Assembly: GCA_964188305.1 (NCBI GenBank)
Contig: OZ076895.1
DNA length: 64,000 nucleotides
Reading direction: 5' to 3' (one strand)
Source: Podarcis bocagei
Lineage: Eukaryota
This document shows positions 1-11,920 of this stretch, piece after piece. Below the pieces are notes generated by a model. The model was given only the letters and a program-made list of their open reading frames with translations. It was not told where the DNA came from and did not search any database. The first letter of the stretch is position 1; every line of letters begins with the position of its first letter. A program made the translations under genes and the position numbers.

Positions 1-1757
1 AGATGAAGAGGAGCATATTGGCTGCAACCTTCTATGACTGCTGAGGGTTCCTCAGTTATCATAACCCTCAAATTATATTGTAGAAGGCTACTTTTCTTGT
101 AATTTCACCTATTCACTGTTCAGCTGTATTGCGAGGGACCTATTATACAGAAAGGTGCTCTCAGGAGGATTTGAGAGTGCCTGGCACAATAGCCAGGAAA
201 TCTTATGGGAACAGTGTTGATCCCTGTTTACCCACAGCACACAGACCAACAATATCAACAAATGGGGCACAGCTAAAGTTATATAAAATCAGTTAAATCA
301 TGTCAAGCTCCCAATACTAAAAGCACTTCTTATTTTGAGCTACATAGCTGGGAAAGCAGCTATCTGGGATATGGCATGGCTTGATCCTCTTCTCTGTATG
401 TCTTAACCAAGGTTTTGAATATGTAGGAGGGATTCACCAGATGAGAGTAAGGGGATCCTTCCAGATGTTGTAGGACTCCAACTCCCACCAGCCGCAGCTG
501 TTACAGCCAAAGGCGAGGGATGATGAAAGGTGAAGTCCAACATCTGGAGGACCAAAGCACAGAGCTGAGAACACCAAGCTAGCAGGTTCGGTTCTCATAT
601 GGGACAGATGCATATTTCTGCATTGCAGGACTAGATGATATGCAGGGTCCCTTCAAACTCTACAGTTCTATGATCCACACAGCAGGTGATTCAAATGTCC
701 TTCTTTCACCTAATGCCATGCTGCAATACCCATCTAAGCGGCAAATGACACTTTCACACTGACTGGGGAGAGTGAAATTCATAATGTCACAAAAGCATGA
801 TCATTATGTTCCAGTGGCCCTTTAGTCGTAGAACATTTTGTTCAGAGTGATTTTGATTACTGCCCAACATCTCTCACCATCTCTTTTACTGTGTTCCATT
901 TCTAATAGGAGCCAGGAGAATCTGCAGAAATGGGCACCGCAAAGCTTATGCTCCGAAATCCACATCTTCCCGCAGGTTGTTCTGAAGCCAGGAACTGCCC
1001 CATCTGCCTCCATGTTTGTTCATTTGCTTCAGAAACCAGGAGACGCCCCCTTGAACGTGAAACCTTGCCATCGCAATCTCCCCCAAGCCTTGCCTTCCGT
1101 TTATTACAGAAGATCTGAAGGACTGAACCCTTTGAATAAGACAGCACTTTGGAATCCGAGATAAATCGCTTTGTAGTGAACCAACAGCAATGCACTCATG
1201 GAAGTTTGCGGGAACTGACTTCTTGCTCTTTTAATGGCATACACAGCCCATTTATGAAACCTGTCATTATAGGTCAGTTTATGTAAAATACAATAGAGAA
1301 AACATGTATAATCTGAAGCATGCAACCCTAATGATATAGGGTGCTTGCTCAAAACTGAAACATACTACTAAAAATGTACCATCTACTTGGGTAACAGTGG
1401 GAGCTCTAAAAAGGAAGAGTTTTAACATTTATTTTATTTCAAGGCATAGGTTCATAGCCCTATTATTTAGTAAAGTGTTTCTTCTGTAGCCAGGTGGACA
1501 ACTTGACAGAATAAAGCCACAACCTTTCATGTCATCTCTAGTCTTATTCACTGAGGAAGTAGAAAACAAATCGAATGTTATTTCTCCACAGAATACATGA
1601 CTAGATCTACAGAATTCCTACACAATCGAAGTGATTTATTGAGAAGTAATACCACGGGGCAGTATGCAACTAAATACTTTTCCTAGTGCAAGCACCTCTG
1701 GCTGGGCAATGGAGGTTCATCTTTTTCTCCTTCCCCTGTGTACCCCCTAAATATGTA

Positions 1758-1997
1758 CATGGTACCTCAGAAGTTGAATGGAATCTGTTCCGGAACTCCG
1801 TTCAACTTCCAAAATGTTCGAAAAACAAGGTGCAGCTTCCGATTGGCTGCAGGAAAGTCCTGCAGCCAATCGGAAACTGCATTGGACGTTTGGATTCCAA
1901 AGAACGTTCACAAACTGGAAGACTCACTTCCGGGTTTGTGGCATTCGGGAGCCAAAACAGTAGACTCGCAAGGCATTTGGGATCCAAGGTACAACTG
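1758..1997. mobile_element. Tc1/mariner (Tigger-like) MITE
   Basis: Degenerate TIRs CA-TGGTACCTC / AGGTACAACTG, TA on both sides, near-perfect internal hairpin at 1831-1881. Confidence 0.75.
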
Positions 1998-2939
1998 TAC
2001 TGGAGACCGGATTTATGGGGTACACATGGGGCAGATGGAGATGGGAGAGTGAGGGGCAATTCTGTTGCATAGTTAAAAGTGCTCAAGCTAGCTGGCCTGT
2101 TTAGCTTGATACCACTTGATGGTTTAGTAATACTGCTAAGTGGCATTATTACGCCTCAGTTGCTAGTTTCTCTTGATATCTGGCTTGTCATAGTCACTTA
2201 CATTATGCTGGGATTATGTTGTCTCACCTGGCGCATACAAGTGAGGCCACTTCTAGGGATCCTGACAACATTGCTGCAGATATGCATCAGCATCTGGGCT
2301 GCCCCACAGAATTGCCACCACCAAGGGAACTCTAGCTGAAACTGATAAGTACTTTATCTTCTACCTCCCTCCTCCCAAAAATGAATGTAAGAAGCTGGGG
2401 CTCAAGGGCACTACAAGGGAACTGCACATACCAAGATGCTGCCAAACCTTATAATTCCATACTCCCATAAAATGGGGCATGTCATTGATTTCCAATCCCC
2501 ACCCTCAGCAAAACAACATAACAAAACAAGTAAACCATAAAAAGAAACCAGGGAGGGGTGCCTACAAATTGGCACAAAACCAGATAGCTGTGTTGGTCTA
2601 TTAGAGGCAAAACCAAAAGACACAGAAGGATCAACCAAAACTCACAAGCAGTTTTTCAAGTTCTTCAGCTCTCTTATTCAGGCGGGAATTTTAAATAAAA
2701 GGTGACAGGGTGGGGAGTAGAAAATGTAGGGCAAATTCTTAAGGCCCAAAGTCATAAGATGGGGACAGGAAAAGATGCACAGATTAGTTTCTGCTATGTA
2801 TTGATTCAGGCTGCACCAAGGACAACTGGGAGAAAGTGGTAGTAATGACTGTTGTCCAATGACATTTCACTAAAAGCAGAAATGTAACTGGTATAAGAAT
2901 TAGCGTGGTACCTTGCTACATCCTCAAGGAAAGTCCCTA

Positions 2940-3285
2940 CAGTGGTGCCTCGCAAGACGAAAATAATCCGTTCCGCGAGTCTCTTCGTCTAGCGGTTTTT
3001 TCGTCTTGCGAAGCAACCCTATTAGCGGCTTAGCAGATTAGCGCTATTAGCGGTTTAGCGGCTATTAAAGGCTTAGTGGCTTAGCGGCTAAAAGGCTATT
3101 AGCGGCTTAGCGGCTTAGAAAAAGGGGGGGAAAGCGGAATAAAATTGGAACACTCGCAAGACGTTTTTGTCTTGCAAAGCAAGCCCATAGGGAAATTCGT
3201 CTTGCGAAGCAGCTCAAAAACAGAAAACCCTTTCATCTAGCGGGTTTTCTGTCTTGGGAGGCATTCGTCTTGCGGGGCACCACTG
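2940..3285. mobile_element. Tc1/mariner MITE, family A, copy 1
   Basis: TIRs CAGTGGTGCCTCGCAAGACGAA / TTCGTCTTGCGGGGCACCACTG, TA TSD, CpG-rich (young). Confidence 0.9.
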
Positions 3286-5544
3286 TATTGACATCATCTG
3301 CTAAAGAAGGGGTGGGGACATTATCACCCTCTAGATGTTGAACTACAACTCCCATCATCCCTGAGACTTTATATACTGCTTAATCATTAGCATTCCTAAG
3401 CAGTGCACATGAAAATGAACCATACACAAAACAAATTCAACCAGCAAAAACCTGAACACTTATGATGCCCGCTGTAAAAAGAAAGTCTTTGTTACATGCC
3501 TGAAGTTCAGTAAGGAGTGTGTCTTTCTAATCTCAGTAGGCAGAGGCTGCCAAAGCTTCCACTGACAATGCTCAATGTTTGCTGTGTTGTGCTTACTGGG
3601 GCTAAATGGAGTTTTAGTTCAGCAACATTAGGAGGGCCAAAAGTATCCCACTCCTGAACTAGAGATCACTTAAAACCAGAGATGGTAATAATAGTAACGT
3701 ATTTATATTCAAGATGATGGATCTGACAGGGTACATTTACTACAGTTAGAAAAACTGCATTTGAGACACACAGTCCAAGACATCCCTATTGCTGGAGAAT
3801 ACAGCACCCCACTAGCAGCAAGCTCAGAGCAAGTTTAAACACAGAGAGAATCCAGGCGTGTGGAGAGCCCTCCTTTCACACACTTCGACTGGCAGGGGGA
3901 AAGGAGATTTTCAACAGCAACTTGGAACTTATCTACATTTGCAGAATGCAAGCTATATACAACACACGAAGCAACCTTCTGTGAGGAGTCACATCTACAC
4001 AAAGTGACTAAGCATTTGCCTTAGGGGGAAAATTTTATCTAGGATGTAGCTGAATAGGTCCCTGTACTTCAACCCTTTCAGGAACAGAATTTGAAATTCT
4101 GAAATTCACATTATATTAATGCAACAGAATGTTTATCATTTATGTTAATGCATTTTACCTGGTTACTTTTTAATCTCTGGGCCCAGAAAACAACTCGTAC
4201 CAAACCATGCATTGCGAGCAACAAGTGGAATTGTAGGACTTGGTTAAATACCTATATTTTCCAGAGTGATGTAGAATCCATTCATCATCTACTGGATGTA
4301 CCACCATCTTTCTATAATTGTTAGGAAGAGAATGTAAACTGAACAGGAGAACTAAAACGGGTGTCATCCATTCCTTTCAAATCTATATATAGATATGCAT
4401 CAAAGTCGGAGGAGAAAATGTACATTCTAAATTTAGGCATAAAGCAATAAACAAAAGCAGGGGCCAAAAAATAATTCTGGCAATACCAAGCAAGTCAATT
4501 GGTGTGTAGATCAACTGCAGCTAAACAAACATGGAAGTTGTTATACACAGTATGTATCAAATGCTTGTGCATTCATTATGCAGGGATTTTCTATTAAACT
4601 CTATTGTCAGTGCTAGTTCATTAGTAATCTAAAATTACATGGCTTTTTCTAAACATCTTCAATGGCTCTATGGCTGCAAGGCACAAGTGACCATACTGGA
4701 TAAAATGTTTTGGAACTCATGTAAAGAAAACTTGTTTTGAATATCCAGTATATTTGCTAATTTTATAGATAGTAGCTTATATCAAGGCTTGAATAGGAAA
4801 GACTCTGTATGTGCACACGCAAACACACACACAAATTCTAAGTGCCAAATGCTTCACACATTCTCAGTAGTCTTTACAACAGACTGAGAACTTTGAGTAT
4901 TATCCCCATTATAGAAGATGGAATCAGATGCTAATGCCTAACAGCTTGTTTTAAGTCCACACAAAGTGTTTCGTGGCTGAAAGTCTGAACCAGAGACTTT
5001 CTTTAACTTGTGGCCTGTGCTATTCAACACTGTACATGCACTGAGATAGAATACTGTATTCAAGAAAAATGTTCAGGAAAATGAATGTCATTATAAAAGT
5101 TAGACCTCCTTTATATAAATTGTGTAGACCGAATTAAAAATGTAAACTACAGAAATGCCTGGGTTTAAAATGTTAAATTTTCCCGAAAAGGCACACAATA
5201 TGCAAATCTTATTTTCACATGGTGAGTACATACCAACTTTAAACTTTGCCATAACTAGAGGTAGCCCTCATCTTAGAGGTGGATGATGGTGGCATGTCCT
5301 ATAGAGCTCTAACTATGCTCTATAGGGCATGCCATCCTGATATAAAACAATATATTCCCCATAACATAAAGGCTGGGCTGACTCCAAGGTAAGATTTCAG
5401 TCTTTAGTGAGAATGAAGTGGGTGCCAAAATGCAAGATGTATATTTTTATGTAGGATTATAAAACACATATGCAATCTCACTTTATAATCTATGGATTAA
5501 AACAACACATAAAACTGCTTCACTCTTGCTTTCTCCCGGGGTGA

Positions 5545-7314
5545 AACTGGAAGCATTAAACATGGTTTATTTGGCCTTGGAACAAGCTATATAGATGTCC
5601 TTGTGCTGCCTTCAAGTCCTTCCCATTCCATCCTGCTTTCAGGGTTTGGAGAGAACCCTTTAAACAGAATTTCCTGGTTTGGATGTTGTGGTTTAAGCAG
5701 CCTACATTATCAGACCAGGATTATGTCTGAACCAGGCTGCTGTGATGGAAGGCATTATTTTATTGTTTACAGCACAAAGGGAACCCCTTTTTCTGAGCTC
5801 AAATAACCAGAAATTGAACTTTCTCCTGAATATATTAACCCTATTTCTCAGTGTATTTTAAATGCATATGTGCAGTTGCATGTAATAATCAACTGTCAGC
5901 AGTGTGCGAAAAGTGGGAATATACAGAACACTGGCCACAATCTAGTAAGTATTTTTGGTCTATGTAAGCCCCCATATGCAATATACACTAAACAATTTTG
6001 TAATCCCCTTTGGAAATTCCCCTAAATTTAAAAACTATGGAGACAGCATTGCCAAAAAAGCAGGATGTTAATTGAGTAAAATACAGTAAAGCTGGGTAAG
6101 ATATGGCACAGAAAAGCTAATGTTGGCACTAGGGCCGAGAGGGCAACAGTCCAATGGGGCATGCACAGAGAGCATGTTTTCTGCCAAACCCATCACATGA
6201 ACTGACAAAAATGAGCACAAAATCAAAGAAGGAGAACTCACAAAAAGCTGTCATCAAGTTTTCTGTTTTATTTAAGATTTTAGTTTTAATTCTGAAGAAA
6301 GAGGTACATTTCCTTGTTTTTAGTTTTAGAGTCAGGTTATAACCATGTTTAATTTTATCTGTTTCTCTTTTCCTGTCTTTCAATACTGCACAAACGTCCA
6401 GAAACTACAAGGTTAAGTAAAAGCTGCAGGCAGAGGTCGTCAAAGGTTGCGCTCCTGATGGTGATCATGTGGCCCCAATGCAGTGCTATCCCAGAGTGCC
6501 TTAATCAGGTGATTTTTAAAAAAAGAAAAGAAAAAAAAGAAAGAGAGACTGACAAGGAGACAGAAAGACTGAAGTAAATATCACTCGTGTTTCAGCTGCT
6601 TATAATTATATCATGTATATGCTAGGTATTAAATCTGTGAATATTTTTTAAAACATTACGTTTACTTGAAATCTAAAGCCAAAATTTTAAAATATCCCTC
6701 TGTTAAACCACTTCTTAGGAACAAGGCAACATGTCAGTTTATTTCAACAGGCAAACTGTCCTTCAACCCACTTCATGACAAATCTTACTGACAATACTGT
6801 CCCACCCTCCCAAACAGGGGGTGGGGGGGCTATCTCCCTGCATACTGACACACAGAATGCAAAATAAATGCCAGGCCACTGGTTTTTCCCCCTATACTTG
6901 AATCTCTCATTTAAATTAAACTGCTTTTACATCGCTGCATTTGATTCTGAATTTTATATTATTTCCCCCTACTTGACGTTTTCTGCTAGGCTAAAGTAAT
7001 TCCGTGCAAAAGATTTATGAAAATAATATTTTCCTTTTTATGCACTTTTTGATTTCTCTCTCTCTTTTTTCTTTGTGTGTTTAAAGAAAATTCATCAGTG
7101 TATTTCAAACACTGGCTTAGCAGAATCTTAAAATAAAATTAAAAAAGAGATATGGTTATGACCCTGTGATTGCATTGCATTTGGAGGCTGGTGGGGAAGA
7201 GTTTTGATCAGGAACTGGATTCTTCAGAAAGAAAGATGTGGAGGAGGGACCATGGGTGGGTGTAGGAAGTCTGGGTGGGGCAATTCCTGCATTTCTAATG
7301 TTTTTGAACTTTTC
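5545..7314 (-). other. CNOT4: CNOT4 3'UTR with tandem poly(A) signals
   Basis: AT-rich with no recognisable TE; minus-strand AATAAA at 6738-6743, 6267-6272 and 5566-5571, ATTAAA at 6348-6353. Which site is used cannot be determined from sequence. Confidence 0.6.
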
Positions 7315-7616
7315 CTAATGACGATCCAGCGCTGAGCTCTGTAGTAGATCTGTGGGGGTTTTACTGGGGGGTCTGAAAGCTGTCTGGAAGCCTGGGGGAG
7401 GAGAGTGAAAACTGGCGGGGTTTGAAGGTGGGGAGTAAGGATTCCAACTGGCTCTGTGCAGAGGAATCTGTGTGCTGAAGGGGTTACTGTGGGGGGTCTG
7501 TGTCGGGGCAGCACTGGGGCCATCCATCTCTGTGAGAGCCTGAAGAGATTTTAGCCAGTGTGGTGGATTGTCGTCTTGAAGGGTGTCTAAACTGTTTCCA
7601 GCGGAGGCTGGGATAC
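7315..7616 (-). CDS. CNOT4: CNOT4 exon 12 coding part (GIPASAGNSLD...PHWLKSLQALTE...PPPGF...LDRH*)
   Basis: 302 nt ending in TAG at 7317-7315; acceptor TTTCTCTTCTTCCTAG. Confidence 0.97.
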
Positions 7617-8304
7617 CTAGGAAGAAGAGAAAACATAGGAGGAGAAAGAGGTTAAGTCAGAGCAAGCAAGAACTTCAAATGTGAAGTAGGTCAGCTTAAA
7701 CCTAACCAATGGCAATGGTAAGAAAACATTATTAGTTTGTACAACCGTGTTCCAGACAAAACAGTAGTTGAGTTTTCACAAGAAACATTTGCCCCTTGGA
7801 GAACTTTTCACACTTTCTACAACATTCGTCCAGAGATTTATTCACAATCTAGCTCTACCAGATACCATATGCTCCTCTACCTTTTTCCAAATCATGCTTT
7901 AGCCTTTAAAAGGGAAACACAAATAGCCTTATAAGAGAGCTTTATAAACAAGTGGAGTATGTTCCTTTTTAATGAAAAAGAATCCAGTTAATGTACCAGT
8001 GCCTAAGGAATTCCATTGCACAGAACTGGCAAGCCATTAGATCACAGGGCAACCTACTCAAATCTAAAGATGTATTGGGAAGATGCTGAACATGCAACGG
8101 ATATTGGGATGGAGGGAGCTAATGCCTGGTTTCCCCCCAAAAAAAGATGCTTGGACCTCTAGAAAGTTTGGTGGATGGAAGCTGGAAGAGACCACCGCAT
8201 AGAGTTGCTTTTTCTTTCTTTCTTCCAAAAAAAGCACTGATTAATTTGTGCCAAATATGCACTTGGTAATTCTCAGTGGAGCTGAATGAGCGAGAAATCG
8301 TTAC

Positions 8305-8517
8305 CTGTGATGATTGCGGGGTCCATCCAGCTGCCAGGGCTGTCCCAATTCAGGCTGTCGGTGGTGGCAGTGTTGGATGTTGGTACACTGTGGTTGGCGT
8401 TGGAGGGGGAAGTAGCATTGGGCAGTCCACCAAAGTTGATGTTAATGTTCGGTAGAAGTGCCCTTAGCCCGTCCTGCCATTCCTTCATATTTAAACTCTC
8501 TACAGAACTGTTGTTGT
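8305..8517 (-). CDS. CNOT4: CNOT4 exon 11 (DNNSSVESLNMKEWQDGLRALLPNININFGG...DPAIIT)
   Basis: 213 nt, symmetric phase 1-1 (skippable in frame); overlaps ORF 8273..8536. Confidence 0.96.
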
Positions 8518-11001
8518 CTGGGAGATTTATCAACAAAAAAGAAAAAAGAAAATGAAAGATAGAAAATAAAAAGCTGAAGTTAGAAACAGATGCTGTTTTT
8601 AGTGAAAGATGGTGGTTCTCTAAGCATTTAACACTGATTCCCTATCAAGAGAATGGGGCAATGATGATAAATCAAGATGAAGCTTGAATGTTGGGCTGCC
8701 ACAGTACGCACTATTACTTAAGCATGTGATGGAGAAAAACCTAAGTCCTTCCCCATGAAAATCAGGGCTGAAACCACAATGGTTAAAACACACTGATTTT
8801 CATTACTAGCAAGAAAAAACACAACATCTTCAGATGAAAGCTCCCATTGTCCAATGACAAGATCGCTTTAGATTTACCAAAGAAGTTCTAACAGCTTCCT
8901 ACTGAAGAAGATGTAAGACAACGCTACAGAATCTGAACAGGGTTAGAGAATTGTGAAAACTTTATACATCACTTGTACTTTGTCAGAGGTAGGGAGAACC
9001 TGTTTTAGCACAGAGACTCTGAAGAAAAAGGAAATCCCTAAGTCTTTTCAGATGAATTCCAACCTGCTCTGAAGGTATGAACGACACACTAAAGAACCAC
9101 ACTCATATACAGGACTACTAGCTTCAGTCTCTCTAAGGGAAGAGAAATGACCAGTACTAAATTGTCACTCTACTAATATTAGAAATATTAGGAATATTTG
9201 TATGGCATTCTTTGAACTCCAGTCAAACACACAACTAAGACTTCAAGTCTTAGAGAATTCATAACCGGAAGACTAGTTCACATTTACAAAGGACCAGGCA
9301 AAGTTTATGGAGAATAGGCCTATCAACAGTTGCTAGTTGTGATAGCTAAATGGCACTTTGATGTCCAGTGGCAGTACCCCTCTGAGTATTAGATCCTGGA
9401 AGCATTAGATTCAGAGGTAGTCACTGTTAACAAAAGAATGCTTGACTACACGAATCCTAGGACTCAGCAGCTTAATCCCATTATAAAATTATGTTTTTAA
9501 AAACCGTTGATCACACACCCAAATTCTATAGATGGTTTAATCAACAAAAAAGTGAAGTTGGACATGACACGTGTATTTAGAAAAACAAAATGTTGAAAAT
9601 TTTTTGCAAGGAGAAATATGATCATTTGATTTGTGAATTTCCATACAGAGCCTAAGATAGTCATCTACCACTAATTCCCAATTTATTTGAGCTTTCTTGT
9701 TCTGCTGATCTCTGTAGGTATGTTATTTCAGTTCTATGTTTAAACACCTACAAGTGACAGAGATGGGTTTCATCTGCTGGTGAAACATGATGAAGCAACT
9801 TGTTGATTCCCCTTTGGCTTGAAGACTCCAGCACCACCTCCCATGCTGTTCTGGAGGGTTCTCCAACCACATGGAGCAGGTGGTTTTTTTGTTTTTTGGA
9901 GGACACAAGCAGCTGAAGGGGAAGTAGGCAACTGAAAAGTCATCTCCCCTTCTTCCATCAGAGGAAATGTCTCGTGAGTGGGACTCTGCTTAGGTAGTGG
10001 GTCTTGCAGGCATTAACCAAGTCTGGATCCAAACCAGAATTTGAAAATAAAATAAATGCGGCAACTGTTTTTAAGTTGTCATATTTGTTTGGATACTTAA
10101 AGTGACAAATCCTCATCTTTGGTAAAACAGATTTTGGGGAAAAAATACAAAGTAAGAATTAATTACTTGACAATACTTTCTAGAACTAATGATCCAAAGT
10201 CATCTTTCTTCTCTTGTGAACAGCATTTGGACAGAGTATACAGCCTTTCTATAACTGATTGAATATCCTCAAGAATCATTAGACAGATTTCAATCTATAT
10301 CTGTAAAAAGGTCCACTATTAAGAACATTTACCCAAGCTATGTCTGACAAGAAGACTGTTTATATTCCTTTTTAGGGGGGTCTAACTATGTACCGATGAG
10401 CACATGCTCATGAAGGCCTTTCCAGATATACACTTAAGAGCTGATCTGAAATGGGAATCAAGAGAGAAATGGGAAAAGAGCAAACAAGCAAGAGGAACAA
10501 TGTTTATCACTCACCGCCCATTGAAGTTACAACTATTGCAGCCTTCAAATCACAAGCCAAGGGTACATAACTGCCCTTCCTCAAGAAGCAAACTTTAAAA
10601 GCAAAACCTGAAGGGTGACATGGGGTAGATGGATTCCCTTTGTGAAAATGACCACAGTTTAGAGTCAAATCAATTGCAAAATAAGTGAAAATAGTCTGCC
10701 ACGGGCAGAGGAGCAAATTACTGCGTGGACAGCAATTTATTTAAATGGGGACAATATTTAACCAAGAAGTTACCCTGGAGGCTGTTCAAGTCATAGGAAA
10801 GAAGAAGTGGACTACCAAGCACTGAAAGGCAAACAGAACCCATCTCAGAGAGTGAAATTATTTGGGTTGCTCAATATTTGTTGTTAGTAAACCAATGAAA
10901 GCTATTTTAGCTTAGTATCAGTGTATATGAGTAAGCACAAAAATTGTGACCTCTCAGCTACCGCTGCAAAGGAACTGTTGTGTGAAACAGGTGGTCTACA
11001 C

Positions 11002-11136
11002 CAGTGTTCCCCAACCTTGGGCCTCCAGCTTTTTTGGACTACAATTCCCATCATCCTTGACCACTGGTCTTGCTAGCGAGGGATGATGGGAGTTGTAGTT
11101 CAAAAACAGCTGGAGGCCCAAGGTTGGGGAACACTG
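11002..11136. mobile_element. hAT palindromic MITE (ACTACAATTCCCATCATCC family)
   Basis: Whole element is an inverted repeat; perfect 8-bp TSD GTCTACAC. Confidence 0.9.
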
Positions 11137-11817
11137 GTCTACACTACTTATCACTTCAGGGCTAAACCAGTAATGTTGTCCTCAGCTACTGACAAATACT
11201 TCTCAAATACTGAGAGGTGCTCAAAGAAGCAGTCTCTAGGCTTTGAGAGATGCACTGTGCACTCAACTAGGTATCTGGTGTAGATATAATACTCCCAGTT
11301 TGCTATCTACCATTAACCAAAGAAGGAGTGGGCAGGCAGGTTCTGTCTCTCCTCTCCATCCTTTCCTTCTGCAGCATGAATTCCCTTTGTCCTTCCCCTG
11401 CTGACCTAAACCACATTAATTCAGCAGAAACATTAATTGCTACACGGGAATATGGTTTCAGGCTCAGAATTTAGCTTACTGAGAACCTTGGCTTCTTTGT
11501 TTTTACCGCAAGGGTTGGAGCATATGTGATAAATGACTTGTGAAAGCTCAGAAGCCAAATATAGTATTATGTTTAATTTCTGTTTTCTACACCTCTTCAC
11601 AAAGGAGCCCAGGGTGACAATATGGCTGCATAATATTTCTAGTGAGGTAGAGTGGGGGCTTGAGGGCTCCTCGCTGGTCCTGGCCTCTCCTTCATGGTTA
11701 GGAGCAGGTAAATGATAGAAACAAAATGAGGTGAAAGGGAAATGCATAATAGAGGTTGTAGAATTCAGAAAGGGTTACCCTAGTTCAGCAACTTTTCTTC
11801 TTCTTAAGTATTTAAGA

Positions 11818-11920
11818 CAGGCATCCCCAAACTCCCTGACCACTGGTCCTGTTACTGTAGCTAGGGATGATGGGAGTTGTAGTCCCAAAACAGCTGGAGG
11901 GCTGAGTTTGGGAATGCCTG
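11818..11920. mobile_element. hAT MITE, same family, internally deleted
   Basis: TIRs CAGGCATCCCCAAACTC / GAGTTTGGGAATGCCTG; TSD ATTTAAGA / ATTTAAGC. Confidence 0.8.

Noticed and set aside
7224-7523. 99-aa alternative-frame ORF overlapping the last CNOT4 exon
   Set aside because: Expected by-product of C-rich Pro/Ser codons; no independent splice or start evidence.
11433-11747. 104-aa minus-strand ORF in intron 10 as a possible alternative exon (GEARTSEEP...)
   Set aside because: Candidate acceptor is weak (purine-rich AAG) and there is no recognisable homology.
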